Of a DNA stretch of 25,814 bases, positions 7,061 through 15,962 are shown piece by piece. This stretch comes from a virus. Lineage: Duplodnaviria; Heunggongvirae; Uroviricota; Caudoviricetes. Position numbers and translations under genes: made by a program. Every line of letters begins with the position of its first letter. The first letter of the stretch is position 1. The stretch spans positions 1 to 25,814 of IMG/VR virus record IMGVR_UViG_3300038492_000581. One strand, written 5' to 3'. Below the pieces are notes generated by a model. That model saw nothing but the letters and a program-made list of their open reading frames with translations, made no database searches and was not told the origin of the DNA.

Positions 7061-8230
7061 GTGAAGGGTAACTACTGGACTGCCGGTCTCGATATCTTTG
7101 GCGAGGGTGTCGACAGCAAAATACCGGATGATGTCGTCGATGTGGCCATCATTGGCGGAGGATTTTCGGGTGCCAGCGTATTCTATCATCTGGGCAACAG
7201 AATGTCTTCTGTTATCATTGATGCTCACCCTCTGTGTGGCATGGATGGATCTTCAAAAGGTCCAGGCATCGTAACATGGATGAATGATTGTTCTATCAGT
7301 AGTGAGGCTTGCCAGTACTCCCTGATGAATAATAGGATGCTTGAAAGGGCCGTCAAATATGATGGGCTCGATTGTAGGTACCATCATGATGGACATGTCT
7401 ATCTTTCTCAGTTAGAGTCGGGGCTTCCGGGATTAGAAGCGGCACTTGCGAACTCAGACATGGCGGAAGCTTCTGAGAATTTCGCAATGCTACCCAGAGA
7501 CGCGATTGTTGGCGGAGTAATGTCTGAAAGTTTTGCAGGCGGGGCCTTTTTGCCATCAGCGTTTGCAGTTAATCCGCACTTACTTGTTAATAGCATGGTA
7601 GTGCAAACAAGAAGTGATAGGAACACAGTTGTTACTGGCAGCATAGTAGAGTGTGTTAATCGGGAAGATAGTATCTTTCGAATAACTCTAAAGGGAGAAC
7701 ATCACATTTTTGCTCGCAAGATAGTGTACTGTCTTGGAGCATACACACCACAATTGGTTCCCGAGACCGAAGATGTTATTGACCTAAAGAGAAATATTTG
7801 TATTGCTACTTCCAAGGTGCATGAACGAATGTTTTTCTCGTGGCCACGCTCTTCGATGTCGGCAGGCTATAAGTGGTATAGAAGCACGAACGGGCGAGTC
7901 CTCTCTGGTTATGCGGATGCATTCACTGGGGAATATGATTCGCCCGCGGTTTATCGTAAGGCCACAACTGATCTCTTTACAACTTTCCCTATAATTGAAG
8001 CCACTATCAAGTATAATTGGGTAAGCTTGTTTGGATCTACAAAGACTGGGCCGCTTGTGGGCCCACTTCCTAACCGGGAAAACGAGTATGTCAGTACGGG
8101 TTACGGAAATAGCTCTCTATCGTATGCATTTTTGAGCGGCTTTATTATCGCCGATCATTTGTTAAACGGCGGGAGTGATTTCCCATACTCTAATGCATTT
8201 AGTCCGGAGGGAAGATTGGATGGGGTTTGA
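7061..8230 (+). CDS. FAD-dependent oxidoreductase, DAO/glycine-oxidase family
   Basis: DVAIIGGGFSGASV (GxGxxG), S.K.PG, VNPHLLV, GPLVG and C-terminal TGYGNSSLSYAFLSG.IIAD. Confidence 0.85.
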   Translation: MKGNYWTAGLDIFGEGVDSKIPDDVVDVAIIGGGFSGASVFYHLGNRMSSVIIDAHPLCGMDGSSKGPGIVTWMNDCSISSEACQYSLMNNRMLERAVKYDGLDCRYHHDGHVYLSQLESGLPGLEAALANSDMAEASENFAMLPRDAIVGGVMSESFAGGAFLPSAFAVNPHLLVNSMVVQTRSDRNTVVTGSIVECVNREDSIFRITLKGEHHIFARKIVYCLGAYTPQLVPETEDVIDLKRNICIATSKVHERMFFSWPRSSMSAGYKWYRSTNGRVLSGYADAFTGEYDSPAVYRKATTDLFTTFPIIEATIKYNWVSLFGSTKTGPLVGPLPNRENEYVSTGYGNSSLSYAFLSGFIIADHLLNGGSDFPYSNAFSPEGRLDGV

Positions 8231-10376
8231 TATTGCACGACGAAGCTTTGAGCTTCCAGAATCATTCATTAAAAAGTTTCGCGGCAAACAACCAGAATGG
8301 GGACCTCTTGGTTACTTCACATTCAAAAGAACATACGCTCATCTTCTCGACTCAGACGACCCCTCGAAAGGTACTGAAGAGTGGTGGCAGGTTTGCCAGA
8401 GAGTAGTTGAGGGCACTTTTTCTATCCAAAAAAACCATTGCGAAGGCCAGCATTTGCCTTGGGATCAACGGAAGGCTATGCGGTCAGCCAAGGTTATGTA
8501 CCAACTCATGTGGGAATTTAAGTTCCTGCCGCCAGGCAGAGGACTCTGGCATATGGGGACTGGATACGTTGAAAGATCGGGAGGGGCATCACTTAATAAT
8601 TGCAGCTTTGTATCTACAAAAGATATTAGCAAAGAAGGTGCGAAACCTTTTTGTTTCATCATGGATATGTCCATGCTGGGAGTCGGCGTAGGTTTTGACG
8701 CTCGTGGATCTGGCAAGGTAGAGATTTTGGGGCCGACCAAGCAAGGGCGAGGTTACAAGAAAGAAGAGTATGTCATCCCGGATAGTCGGGAAGGTTGGGT
8801 GGAAAGTTTGCGGCTATTAATTGACGCATATATCTTTGAAAAGCCCTTACCTATTTTTGACTATACTAAGATTCGTCTTGCTGGAGCACCTATTAGAGGT
8901 TTTGGTGGAGTTGCATCTGGACCACAACCTCTCGTGGAAATGCATGAAGACATAGCAGAACTTTTGGAATCACGGATTGGCGATACTTTGAGTTCTGTTG
9001 ATATTATTGATATTGGGAATCTTATTGGTCGCTGTGTTGTTGCCGGTAACGTTCGCAGGACTGCCGAGATTACATTTGCTAAGCCTGAGGATTCTGACTT
9101 CCGTAAGATGAAGCAAGATCTTGGTAAGACATTTGCTAAAGCAAAAAAGTTTGGCATATGGCCCGTTAAGAACTCGACTGACGCTTATAACGCATTGACA
9201 GAAGTTCATAAGTTGGAAGATGTTCCAGATGGGTGGGAAGGCACTTTATCCGAGCTACGTAAGAGCGTCCGGCTTTCTGTTCGGGATCACTTCCCCAGCG
9301 TACATCATCGTTGGGCATCAAACAATTCCATCTTTGCGACCGTAGGCATGGATTATACTGAGGTTGCAGAAGATACGGTAATTAATGGTGAGCCTGGATA
9401 TGAATGGCTCGACAATGCTCGTGCCTACGGACGCATGATCGACCCTCCCAACCATAAAGATCGCTATGCCGTGGGTGGAAATCCGTGCTTAGAGCAAACT
9501 TTGTGGAATTATGAGCTTTGTACGCTTGTAGAAACTTTTCCGGCACGTCACGATTCCTTCGAAGAATTCAAAAAGACCTTGAAGATCGCGTACTTGTATG
9601 CTAAAACTGTGACGTTGGTGCCCACGCACTGGCCCGAGACGAACGGCGTTATGATGAAAAATCGACGCATCGGGTGCTCGCAGTCCGGCATTATTCGAGC
9701 TTTTAAAAAGCACGGACGTCGCGGCATGTTGAAGTGGTGCGACATGGGTTATAAGTATCTTGAGGGGCTTGATGAGGTCTATTCAGACTGGCTCGGAGTG
9801 CCGCACTCTATCAAAAAGACTTCGGTCAAGCCCTCTGGCACTGTATCTTTACTTCCTGGTGAAACACCTGGGATTCATTATCCTCATTCTCGTTACTATA
9901 TTCGCCGGATTAGGCTTGGGACTCATTCGCCTCTTATTGAGGTTGCTAAGAATGCTGGTTACAAGGTAGAGCCTGAAATTGGCAAAGAAGATACGAGTGT
10001 GGTAGTTGAGTTTCCTATTAAAGAACAGCTTTTTGAGCGTGCTAAAGAAGATGTTTCGGTGTGGGAACAGGTTGGTAACGCTGTTGAGTACCAAAGATAC
10101 TGGGCAGACAATCAAGTCTCTATCACTGTGACTTTCAAGCCTCAAGAGCGACAGGATATTAAGCATATTTTGGAGCTTAATGAGGACAAACTTAAGGGAA
10201 TTTCTTTCCTGCCGCTTTCAGATCATGGCTATGTACAAGCTCCTTATGAGACAATCACCGAAGAGCAGTATAACGAAATGGTCGGGAATTTGAAGCCAAT
10301 CAGTTTTGATAATGCTTTTGATCACGATGCTGAAGCCAGTCGTTTTTGCGACGGCGAGGCATGTACCTATAAATAG
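8220..10376 (+). CDS. nrdJ: Class II (adenosylcobalamin-dependent) ribonucleotide reductase, monomeric RTPR type
   Basis: FLPPGRGLW, LNNCSF, GVGVGFD, VVAGNVRRTAEI, GGNPCLEQ (NPCxE), TSVKPSGT and C-terminal CDGEAC. ATG 8220 follows a GGAGG RBS. No intein. Confidence 0.95.
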   Translation: MGFDIARRSFELPESFIKKFRGKQPEWGPLGYFTFKRTYAHLLDSDDPSKGTEEWWQVCQRVVEGTFSIQKNHCEGQHLPWDQRKAMRSAKVMYQLMWEFKFLPPGRGLWHMGTGYVERSGGASLNNCSFVSTKDISKEGAKPFCFIMDMSMLGVGVGFDARGSGKVEILGPTKQGRGYKKEEYVIPDSREGWVESLRLLIDAYIFEKPLPIFDYTKIRLAGAPIRGFGGVASGPQPLVEMHEDIAELLESRIGDTLSSVDIIDIGNLIGRCVVAGNVRRTAEITFAKPEDSDFRKMKQDLGKTFAKAKKFGIWPVKNSTDAYNALTEVHKLEDVPDGWEGTLSELRKSVRLSVRDHFPSVHHRWASNNSIFATVGMDYTEVAEDTVINGEPGYEWLDNARAYGRMIDPPNHKDRYAVGGNPCLEQTLWNYELCTLVETFPARHDSFEEFKKTLKIAYLYAKTVTLVPTHWPETNGVMMKNRRIGCSQSGIIRAFKKHGRRGMLKWCDMGYKYLEGLDEVYSDWLGVPHSIKKTSVKPSGTVSLLPGETPGIHYPHSRYYIRRIRLGTHSPLIEVAKNAGYKVEPEIGKEDTSVVVEFPIKEQLFERAKEDVSVWEQVGNAVEYQRYWADNQVSITVTFKPQERQDIKHILELNEDKLKGISFLPLSDHGYVQAPYETITEEQYNEMVGNLKPISFDNAFDHDAEASRFCDGEACTYK

Positions 10377-10385
10377 GAGTTTACG

Positions 10386-10730
10386 ATGACCCGCATCCAG
10401 CCCAGCGAAGAAATGCATATCGAGTTTGCTACAAATCAGACTACCAAGGAAAGGGTGGAGCACATGTGCATCATTACTCTTGGTAGAGCTATCAAGAGTA
10501 TTTCCGAAGATCGCCAGAAGGCATTGGTTAATGCTGTTATGAGCGAGATTGGCGGAGTTGAAACGTTCCGTCCCGTTTCGCCCTACTCTTTCGAGGTTGT
10601 GATTGCCAAAACCTTTCCGGCTGATCAAGTTTTGGAGGAAATTAAGAAGGAGATTGGTATTGCTACCAGCCCTCTTGATCTTCCCGCGGGAGGCGGTGGT
10701 AAGCTGATTGTTGGAAATTTTGAGAAATGA
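10386..10730 (+). CDS. Hypothetical protein
   Basis: 114-aa ORF with a GGAG RBS upstream. Confidence 0.65.
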   Translation: MTRIQPSEEMHIEFATNQTTKERVEHMCIITLGRAIKSISEDRQKALVNAVMSEIGGVETFRPVSPYSFEVVIAKTFPADQVLEEIKKEIGIATSPLDLPAGGGGKLIVGNFEK

Positions 10731-10801
10731 TTTCTTTTGCAGTTACATTGGGATACTTTCTTTTTGGCATCTTTGTCGGGATAATAACTAATGAGCGATA
10801 A
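10727..10801 (+). CDS. 24-aa single-pass membrane peptide (MISFAVTLGYFLFGIFVGIITNER)
   Basis: Translated by hand. ATGA overlap with the upstream stop, 11-nt overlap with the next gene, and it fills the only gap in the operon. Confidence 0.55.
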   Translation: MISFAVTLGYFLFGIFVGIITNER

Positions 10802-11114
10802 GTGCTGCCATCTGCCTGATGGTACAGGAAGAATTTGTGGCATATATCCGATGGGCGACATGGTGCCAGACGACATGCTGTGTGCGGCTTGTGTCAATTT
10901 TATTAATCGGGGCATACTGCCGCAAAACGTACATCCTCGATTAGGTGATTGGTGGATAAAGCATCTGTCAGATGTTTTAAAACATGAAAAGGCACGAGAA
11001 GCTGATCAAGAAAAGATGCAAACTTTGGTTGCAAAATTAGATTTCATCAATTCGCTTCCGGAAGATAAAAAAGCTTTATTTAGGTATGATGTTATTACAG
11101 AAGATGACAAATGA
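10791..11114 (+). CDS. Hypothetical Cys-rich protein
   Basis: CC...C...CxxC cluster at the N-terminus; coupled to neighbours. Confidence 0.65.
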   Translation: MSDKCCHLPDGTGRICGIYPMGDMVPDDMLCAACVNFINRGILPQNVHPRLGDWWIKHLSDVLKHEKAREADQEKMQTLVAKLDFINSLPEDKKALFRYDVITEDDK

Positions 11115-11512
11115 TAATCATACTTGATGACAATCCCAGTAGAGTCGCTATGCTTCGTGGTATGACAAGTACAAGGGTAGTTCACTTCGAAGAGGTGGCA
11201 CCATTTATCGAGTACTTGGAAGCCCACAAGGGAAGTCCTCGTCTGATAATGCTTGATCACGATCTTGGCGGCAAGCCTCCCATGTATTATGGACAGTTTT
11301 GTGATCCCGAGGATACCAGAACGGGCAGCGAAGCAGCACGCCAGATGGTTCAGAAGAGCTTAGTGAGTCAAGATTCGCTTTGTATTATTCATTCAGAAAA
11401 TCCAATTGGCGTACAGAGTTTGCTCCAAATACTTGGAGGCAAGTCGGATCTTGCTGTTGTTCCATTTCGTTCCTTACAAAGATTTCTTGATAAGTTGAAA
11501 TCGGAGTTTTAA
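11111..11512 (+). CDS. Stand-alone cyclic-phosphate-processing receiver (REC-like) domain protein
   Basis: ILDD, LDHDLG, TG and IIHSENPIG motifs typical of this atypical receiver family. Confidence 0.75.
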   Translation: MIIILDDNPSRVAMLRGMTSTRVVHFEEVAPFIEYLEAHKGSPRLIMLDHDLGGKPPMYYGQFCDPEDTRTGSEAARQMVQKSLVSQDSLCIIHSENPIGVQSLLQILGGKSDLAVVPFRSLQRFLDKLKSEF

Positions 11513-12273
11513 TGGTTAAGAGAATTGTCAGCTCTGGCGATGGCATGCCCAAAGGTGCTATCTCCGTCCTTGATAAGGGGTTTGTTCGAGTAACAGATAC
11601 ACTTGGATCTGATATCACTCCCGTGAATGCGGCTCGAATTTCCTTCGGAAAAGAAGTGAGTGAATTCTCTCCTGAAAAGGATGGCAAGCTTCTTGATTAT
11701 CTTGCGAGCCACAAGCACACCTCCCCTTTTCGTCACGCTATGATTCAGTTTCACATCAAGGCTCCCGAAGTTGTTATGCGACAGTGGTGGAAGCACATCG
11801 TTGGGTGTAATTGGACTGCTGAGGATGGATCTTTCAACGATACGGGATGGAATGAGATCAGCGGGCGATATGTGGAGTTTACTCCGGAATTCTATGTGCC
11901 TGAGTCCTTTCGGCCTCAGTCACAAAGCAATAAGCAGGCGTCTGATGATGGAGATCTGTCTAATAAAGTGATCGGTGCTAAGGGCTTCTTTTCCACTCAT
12001 ACTGTTCGCAATGAATACTTAGAGGCTATCGACGATGCATATAAAAGTTATGATCGTTTGATAAAGGCGGGAGTCTCAAAAGAGCAAGCCCGTATGGTTC
12101 TTCCCATCAGTCTTTATGTCGAATGCTACTGGACTGCATCTCTTCAGGCGGTTGCACATTTCTGCAAGCTGCGTGTTCATAAAGGAGCACAGGGCGAGAT
12201 TCAGGAGTACGCTAACGCGGTCAACGATCTTGCTTCTCAAGCTTTTCCTCATGCCTTTGAAAAGTTGCTATGA
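11512..12273 (+). CDS. thyX: Flavin-dependent thymidylate synthase
   Basis: VNAARISF, HKHTSPFRH, RQWWKH, WNEISGRY, GVSKEQARMVLP and LRVHKGAQGEIQEYA. Confidence 0.95.
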   Translation: MVKRIVSSGDGMPKGAISVLDKGFVRVTDTLGSDITPVNAARISFGKEVSEFSPEKDGKLLDYLASHKHTSPFRHAMIQFHIKAPEVVMRQWWKHIVGCNWTAEDGSFNDTGWNEISGRYVEFTPEFYVPESFRPQSQSNKQASDDGDLSNKVIGAKGFFSTHTVRNEYLEAIDDAYKSYDRLIKAGVSKEQARMVLPISLYVECYWTASLQAVAHFCKLRVHKGAQGEIQEYANAVNDLASQAFPHAFEKLL

Positions 12274-12512
12274 GCGTATATGTGGACGAATCAAGATGGC
12301 GTCTTGGTCGTATGCATATGTGTCATATGATGGCCGACACCTTAGACGAATTACACGAGATGGCAGATTGTCTTGGTCTGAAACGTGAGTGGTTTCAGGG
12401 CGATCATTACGATATATCGAAATCAAAGCGGGTCCAAGCTGTGAAGCTTGGTGCTATTGAAACTACATCCCGTGATCTGGTTAAACGTTTTCGTAAGCAT
12501 TTACGGAATTGA
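12270..12512 (+). CDS. DUF4031 family protein
   Basis: VYVD...CHM.AD..DELH..A..LGLKR.WFQ.DHYDI. Confidence 0.85.
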   Translation: MSVYVDESRWRLGRMHMCHMMADTLDELHEMADCLGLKREWFQGDHYDISKSKRVQAVKLGAIETTSRDLVKRFRKHLRN

Positions 12513-12576
12513 TCAAGTGTCTATACGTGAAATAACAAGCTGCCCAATTGGGTTAAAAGACTGATTAAGTAACATT

Positions 12577-12602
12577 CGCCTCGGTAAGATCTTACCGAGG
12601 CG
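12577..12602. terminator. Perfect 26-bp palindrome (terminator hairpin or operator)
   Basis: CGCCTCGGTAAGATCTTACCGAGGCG is its own reverse complement. It is followed by TTT and lies between the replication and structural blocks. Confidence 0.55.
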
Positions 12603-12640
12603 TTTAGTGTAATAATTCCTTGCCATAGTTGCAGTTTTGT

Positions 12641-12647
12641 TAAGGAG
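12641..12647 (+). promoter_or_regulatory. Strong Shine-Dalgarno site
   Basis: TAAGGAG, 7 nt before ATG 12655. Confidence 0.75.
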
Positions 12648-12654
12648 TTATGTT

Positions 12655-13092
12655 ATGGCACAAGAACAGTCTGCCCTTGTGGGCTCTGGAACCATTCCGT
12701 TCATCCGCAATATTCTCCCTTCTGGATCTCGTGGATTAGCCGCAATACCATCTGGCCAAGGAGGTCATCGTCTCGGCACCCAAGTGATTGTCGCAAACTT
12801 TGAAGACATGAACTCGGTTGATGCTTGGAGTGCTGGGGATCACTCCGTTTCTACTACAGCCGTTGAAATTGCCGGTCCTCTTATTAATCCACTAAATAGA
12901 AACCGAACCGTACGGATTCAGAATACTGATGCCTCTACGGCTATGTTTGTGGGGCCAACCAATGGAGTTACGGCCACGAACGGTTTTCGGGTTGCGGCCG
13001 GCGAGACTCTTGAGCTTCCACTCTTGAACAACGCTTCTGTGTGGGCAATTACGTCGGCAGGAACAGTTGATGTTCGTGTAATCGTCTACTAA
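12655..13092 (+). CDS. Putative virion structural protein (small beta-rich domain)
   Basis: C-terminal RNRTVRIQN...MFVG...GFRVAAGE...LP...VWAI...DVRVI pattern; paralogous to the next ORF. Confidence 0.65.
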   Translation: MAQEQSALVGSGTIPFIRNILPSGSRGLAAIPSGQGGHRLGTQVIVANFEDMNSVDAWSAGDHSVSTTAVEIAGPLINPLNRNRTVRIQNTDASTAMFVGPTNGVTATNGFRVAAGETLELPLLNNASVWAITSAGTVDVRVIVY

Positions 13093-13125
13093 TGACAGCT
13101 TTTTTCTTCGAAAAGGAGTTGTCAA

Positions 13126-13581
13126 ATGAGTCATCACGGAACTCATGAAGCTTACTCGGTCTTAGGATCGGGTACAGTCCCAACCCTTAATCAATCTCCG
13201 GCATTATCTGGAGCACTCGCTGGGGGCCAAGCTCCCATTCCAGATGTTACCAAAGATCTGCGGATGCGGACAGGAGAGGCTGCCGCTATTATCAACCCAG
13301 AAGACTTCTCCGTCTTTCTCGGGTTTAGGCATCAGGCTGTTGCGGTCAATACTTCTGTTACTCCAATTCCTCAATCCCCGTTAGAAAACAGAAGAGCGAT
13401 AACCATTCATAACAACGGCCCCGATATTGTTTATCTGGGCTTTGACGGAGTCTCTACGACTGAAGGCTTTCCTCTTTTGGTAAATGAGAAAATAGCCTTT
13501 TCATTACAAGGCAATGTTAGTGTAATGGTGTATGGAATTTCAGAAGGAGCCTCTGACGTGAGGATAATTGAAATTGCATAA
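13126..13581 (+). CDS. Putative virion structural protein, paralog of 12655..13092
   Basis: RRAITIHNNG...VYLG...GFPL...EK...VYGI...DVRII, with an AAGGAG RBS. Confidence 0.65.
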   Translation: MSHHGTHEAYSVLGSGTVPTLNQSPALSGALAGGQAPIPDVTKDLRMRTGEAAAIINPEDFSVFLGFRHQAVAVNTSVTPIPQSPLENRRAITIHNNGPDIVYLGFDGVSTTEGFPLLVNEKIAFSLQGNVSVMVYGISEGASDVRIIEIA

Positions 13582-14341
13582 CTGGAGCGACGAAGAAATT
13601 GAAATCCTACGAAGAGATTACGGCAACACTCTCGTGCAGGAAATTCCGATTGACAGATCGGTTAGATCGATCTATCTAAAAGCACATAGGCTGGGCCTAA
13701 AAGGTGAGGTAGGACCAAAACCAATTTATTCATATGATGAATCTGCATTCGATTCAGACTATGCAACTTATTGGGCGGGCTTTATCGCTGCCGATGGCAA
13801 TATATCCGTCAATATGCGTGTTCTTCAATTAGATTTGGTTCACAAAGATAGAGATCATCTGAAAAAGTTCAAAGATTTCATTAATTATAGCGGACCTATA
13901 TATGATTATTCAAAGTCATGTAAATTGACGATAAATAATGCGAAATCAATAACAGAAAGGCTGGCAGCTTTTGGAGTAAGGCCCCGGAAGACTTTTGCTA
14001 TACAGCCGCCAGCTTATTTGTCAGATGATGCTGCTCTTCATTTTATAAGAGGTTATTTCGATGGAGATGGTTGGTTTACCGAGAGTAAATCTCATGGTAA
14101 ATATAAATACCCTGTAATTGGATTTTGTGGGACTTTAGGTATGATGGAGTGGGTGTACCAATCTATTTCTGATAAAGTAAATCTCAAAAGGTCTCACTCA
14201 ATACATCCACACAATAATATCTATCAATTCACCATTACAGGAAGCAGCGTTTTGGATATTTGCGAGTGGCTATATTCAAATTCTAATGAAGATGTCCGTT
14301 TGACAAGAAAATATAAGGTTTATAGAAATTGGTTGGCATAA
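13568..14341 (+). mobile_element. Free-standing double-motif LAGLIDADG homing endonuclease with N-terminal HTH
   Basis: YWAGFIAADG and FIRGYFDGDG motifs, N-terminal WSDEEIEILR...R....I..KA.RLGL. Overlaps both neighbours by 13-14 nt and is visibly AT-richer. Confidence 0.85.
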
Positions 14342-15186
14342 GCACTTTAATAAGCGTCGGGGGCAGCTCCGGCGGTAGTGGTGGGGGTTCCACAAGCGGA
14401 ATCACTTCCATCAATAGTGCGACCGGTCCAGCCATCACTATTACTCAGTCCGGCATCATCAATGTTATCCGTACTGGAAACATCATAAATATTGGTGCTC
14501 AACAAAGTGGAGTTTTAGGTGTTAACGGAATAAATGTTACACAGGTAAACGGAAACTTTATTGTTGATGGATCAGCTTTATCAGGAATTTCAGGCAGTGG
14601 AGGCGGGGCTGAAGTTGTAGCTCAGAGGTCATTTCCTTTTGTTGGTATATTCAGCGGAATCTTTTCTCATAATTTTGGCACACGAAATGTACAGGTTCAG
14701 ATAATTGACGATGGAAATCCTCCGGAGCATATTGTTCCTGACAGAATCATAAGAGACAATCTTGATCAGGTAAGCGTGGTCTTTAATAGACCTCAAACTG
14801 GGACAGTTATAATACATGGACCTTCTGGATTAAGTAATGGCTCAAGTACAGGTATCACTTCTATTAATAGCGATACTGGTCCAGCTATCAATATCGTTGG
14901 AGTCAACGGTGCAACGGTAACAAATCCATCTGCGGGAGTAATACTGGTAGACGTTGCTTCTCTGTCAGGATCAGTGGGGCTATCTAAATTTGCCGCATCT
15001 TTTGTCGGTATATCAAGCGGCTTGTTTCAGCACAATCTTGGTTCGCGAGATGTTTTAGTGCAAATACAAGATGACTCTGGTCCTCCACGCAAGATAATAC
15101 CCGACAACATCATATTTGACGATCTAAACCACGTTAGTGTACTCTTTAATGGACCACGTAGTGGAAGGATCATTATAATAGGATAA
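14329..15186 (+). CDS. Putative fibre/structural protein with two internal repeats
   Basis: Gly/Ser-rich, with two GITSINS.TGPAI.I units and two HN.G.R.V.VQI.DD...I.PD.I..D.L..VSV.FN.P..G..II.G units. TTG start. Confidence 0.7.
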   Translation: MVGISTLISVGGSSGGSGGGSTSGITSINSATGPAITITQSGIINVIRTGNIINIGAQQSGVLGVNGINVTQVNGNFIVDGSALSGISGSGGGAEVVAQRSFPFVGIFSGIFSHNFGTRNVQVQIIDDGNPPEHIVPDRIIRDNLDQVSVVFNRPQTGTVIIHGPSGLSNGSSTGITSINSDTGPAINIVGVNGATVTNPSAGVILVDVASLSGSVGLSKFAASFVGISSGLFQHNLGSRDVLVQIQDDSGPPRKIIPDNIIFDDLNHVSVLFNGPRSGRIIIIG

Positions 15187-15191
15187 GAACA

Positions 15192-15962
15192 ATGGTTAGA
15201 ATAGATGGCGATTATATTCCTGCCTCAAGTGGTTCGTCACACCTTGGTGTAGACGGAAACGTCAACAACAATGGAAACAATGCCTTTGACGCGAGCACGA
15301 TAAGTCCTTTTGGGCATGTCATTCAAAACTCAGGCGTATTCTTAGACCCTCATCTTGGTCAATCCGGCATTCTGAGATTCAGTTTGGCTGCCGCCGCACT
15401 CCAGGTATCTGTAGATGGCGGAGCCACGTTTGAGAATTTGTCTGCGGGCGGCGTCGATTCCATTGGAGTACTTGGTGACGCCAATTTGACGGGCAATGTT
15501 GATCTTGCGACGCCGTCATCTGGTTTCTTGGCCATCGAAGATTCGTCCAACAATTCTCCTCTTCTATTTTCTGTTGATACACTGGGTCTTTCTGGTCTTT
15601 GGGACTTTCCTTCCCAAGGATTTAATGGCAGTATTGTGAATGAGGTAGTTGTTGGAGGGACCTCTGTTCAGGGAAGTATTACCTTTGCCGGTGCTTCAGG
15701 AATCACGGCGGATCTCGTTGGTCAAACCTTAACATTTACCGCTGGACCATCCATAGCAAAGTGTTATGGAGAAGCTTTCACTTCGCAAAACAACTTTACC
15801 GTTACCCACGGCTTGGTTTTAACTCGCAATCCAGTAGTCATGATTTACGATGTTAATAACAACTGGATCGTTCCAGATAGCATTAGCGTACTAAATGCTA
15901 ATCAAATTCAGATACGTTTCAACACTACCCAGACGGGGTCAGTAACAGTTATTGGGTGCTAA
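15192..15962 (+). CDS. Putative fibre/structural protein
   Basis: N-terminal module shared with 15963..18482; C-terminal module shared with 14329..15186. Confidence 0.7.
   Translation: MVRIDGDYIPASSGSSHLGVDGNVNNNGNNAFDASTISPFGHVIQNSGVFLDPHLGQSGILRFSLAAAALQVSVDGGATFENLSAGGVDSIGVLGDANLTGNVDLATPSSGFLAIEDSSNNSPLLFSVDTLGLSGLWDFPSQGFNGSIVNEVVVGGTSVQGSITFAGASGITADLVGQTLTFTAGPSIAKCYGEAFTSQNNFTVTHGLVLTRNPVVMIYDVNNNWIVPDSISVLNANQIQIRFNTTQTGSVTVIGC

Noticed and set aside
8220-10376. Intein or intron in nrdJ
   Set aside because: The NPCLEQ region is uninterrupted, there are no C/S...HN splice termini or endonuclease motifs, and the frame is continuous.
13568-14341. Group I intron or intein hosting the LAGLIDADG ORF
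   Set aside because: There is no non-coding flank for the ribozyme core, the upstream gene ends at the same point as its paralog, and there are no intein splice residues.
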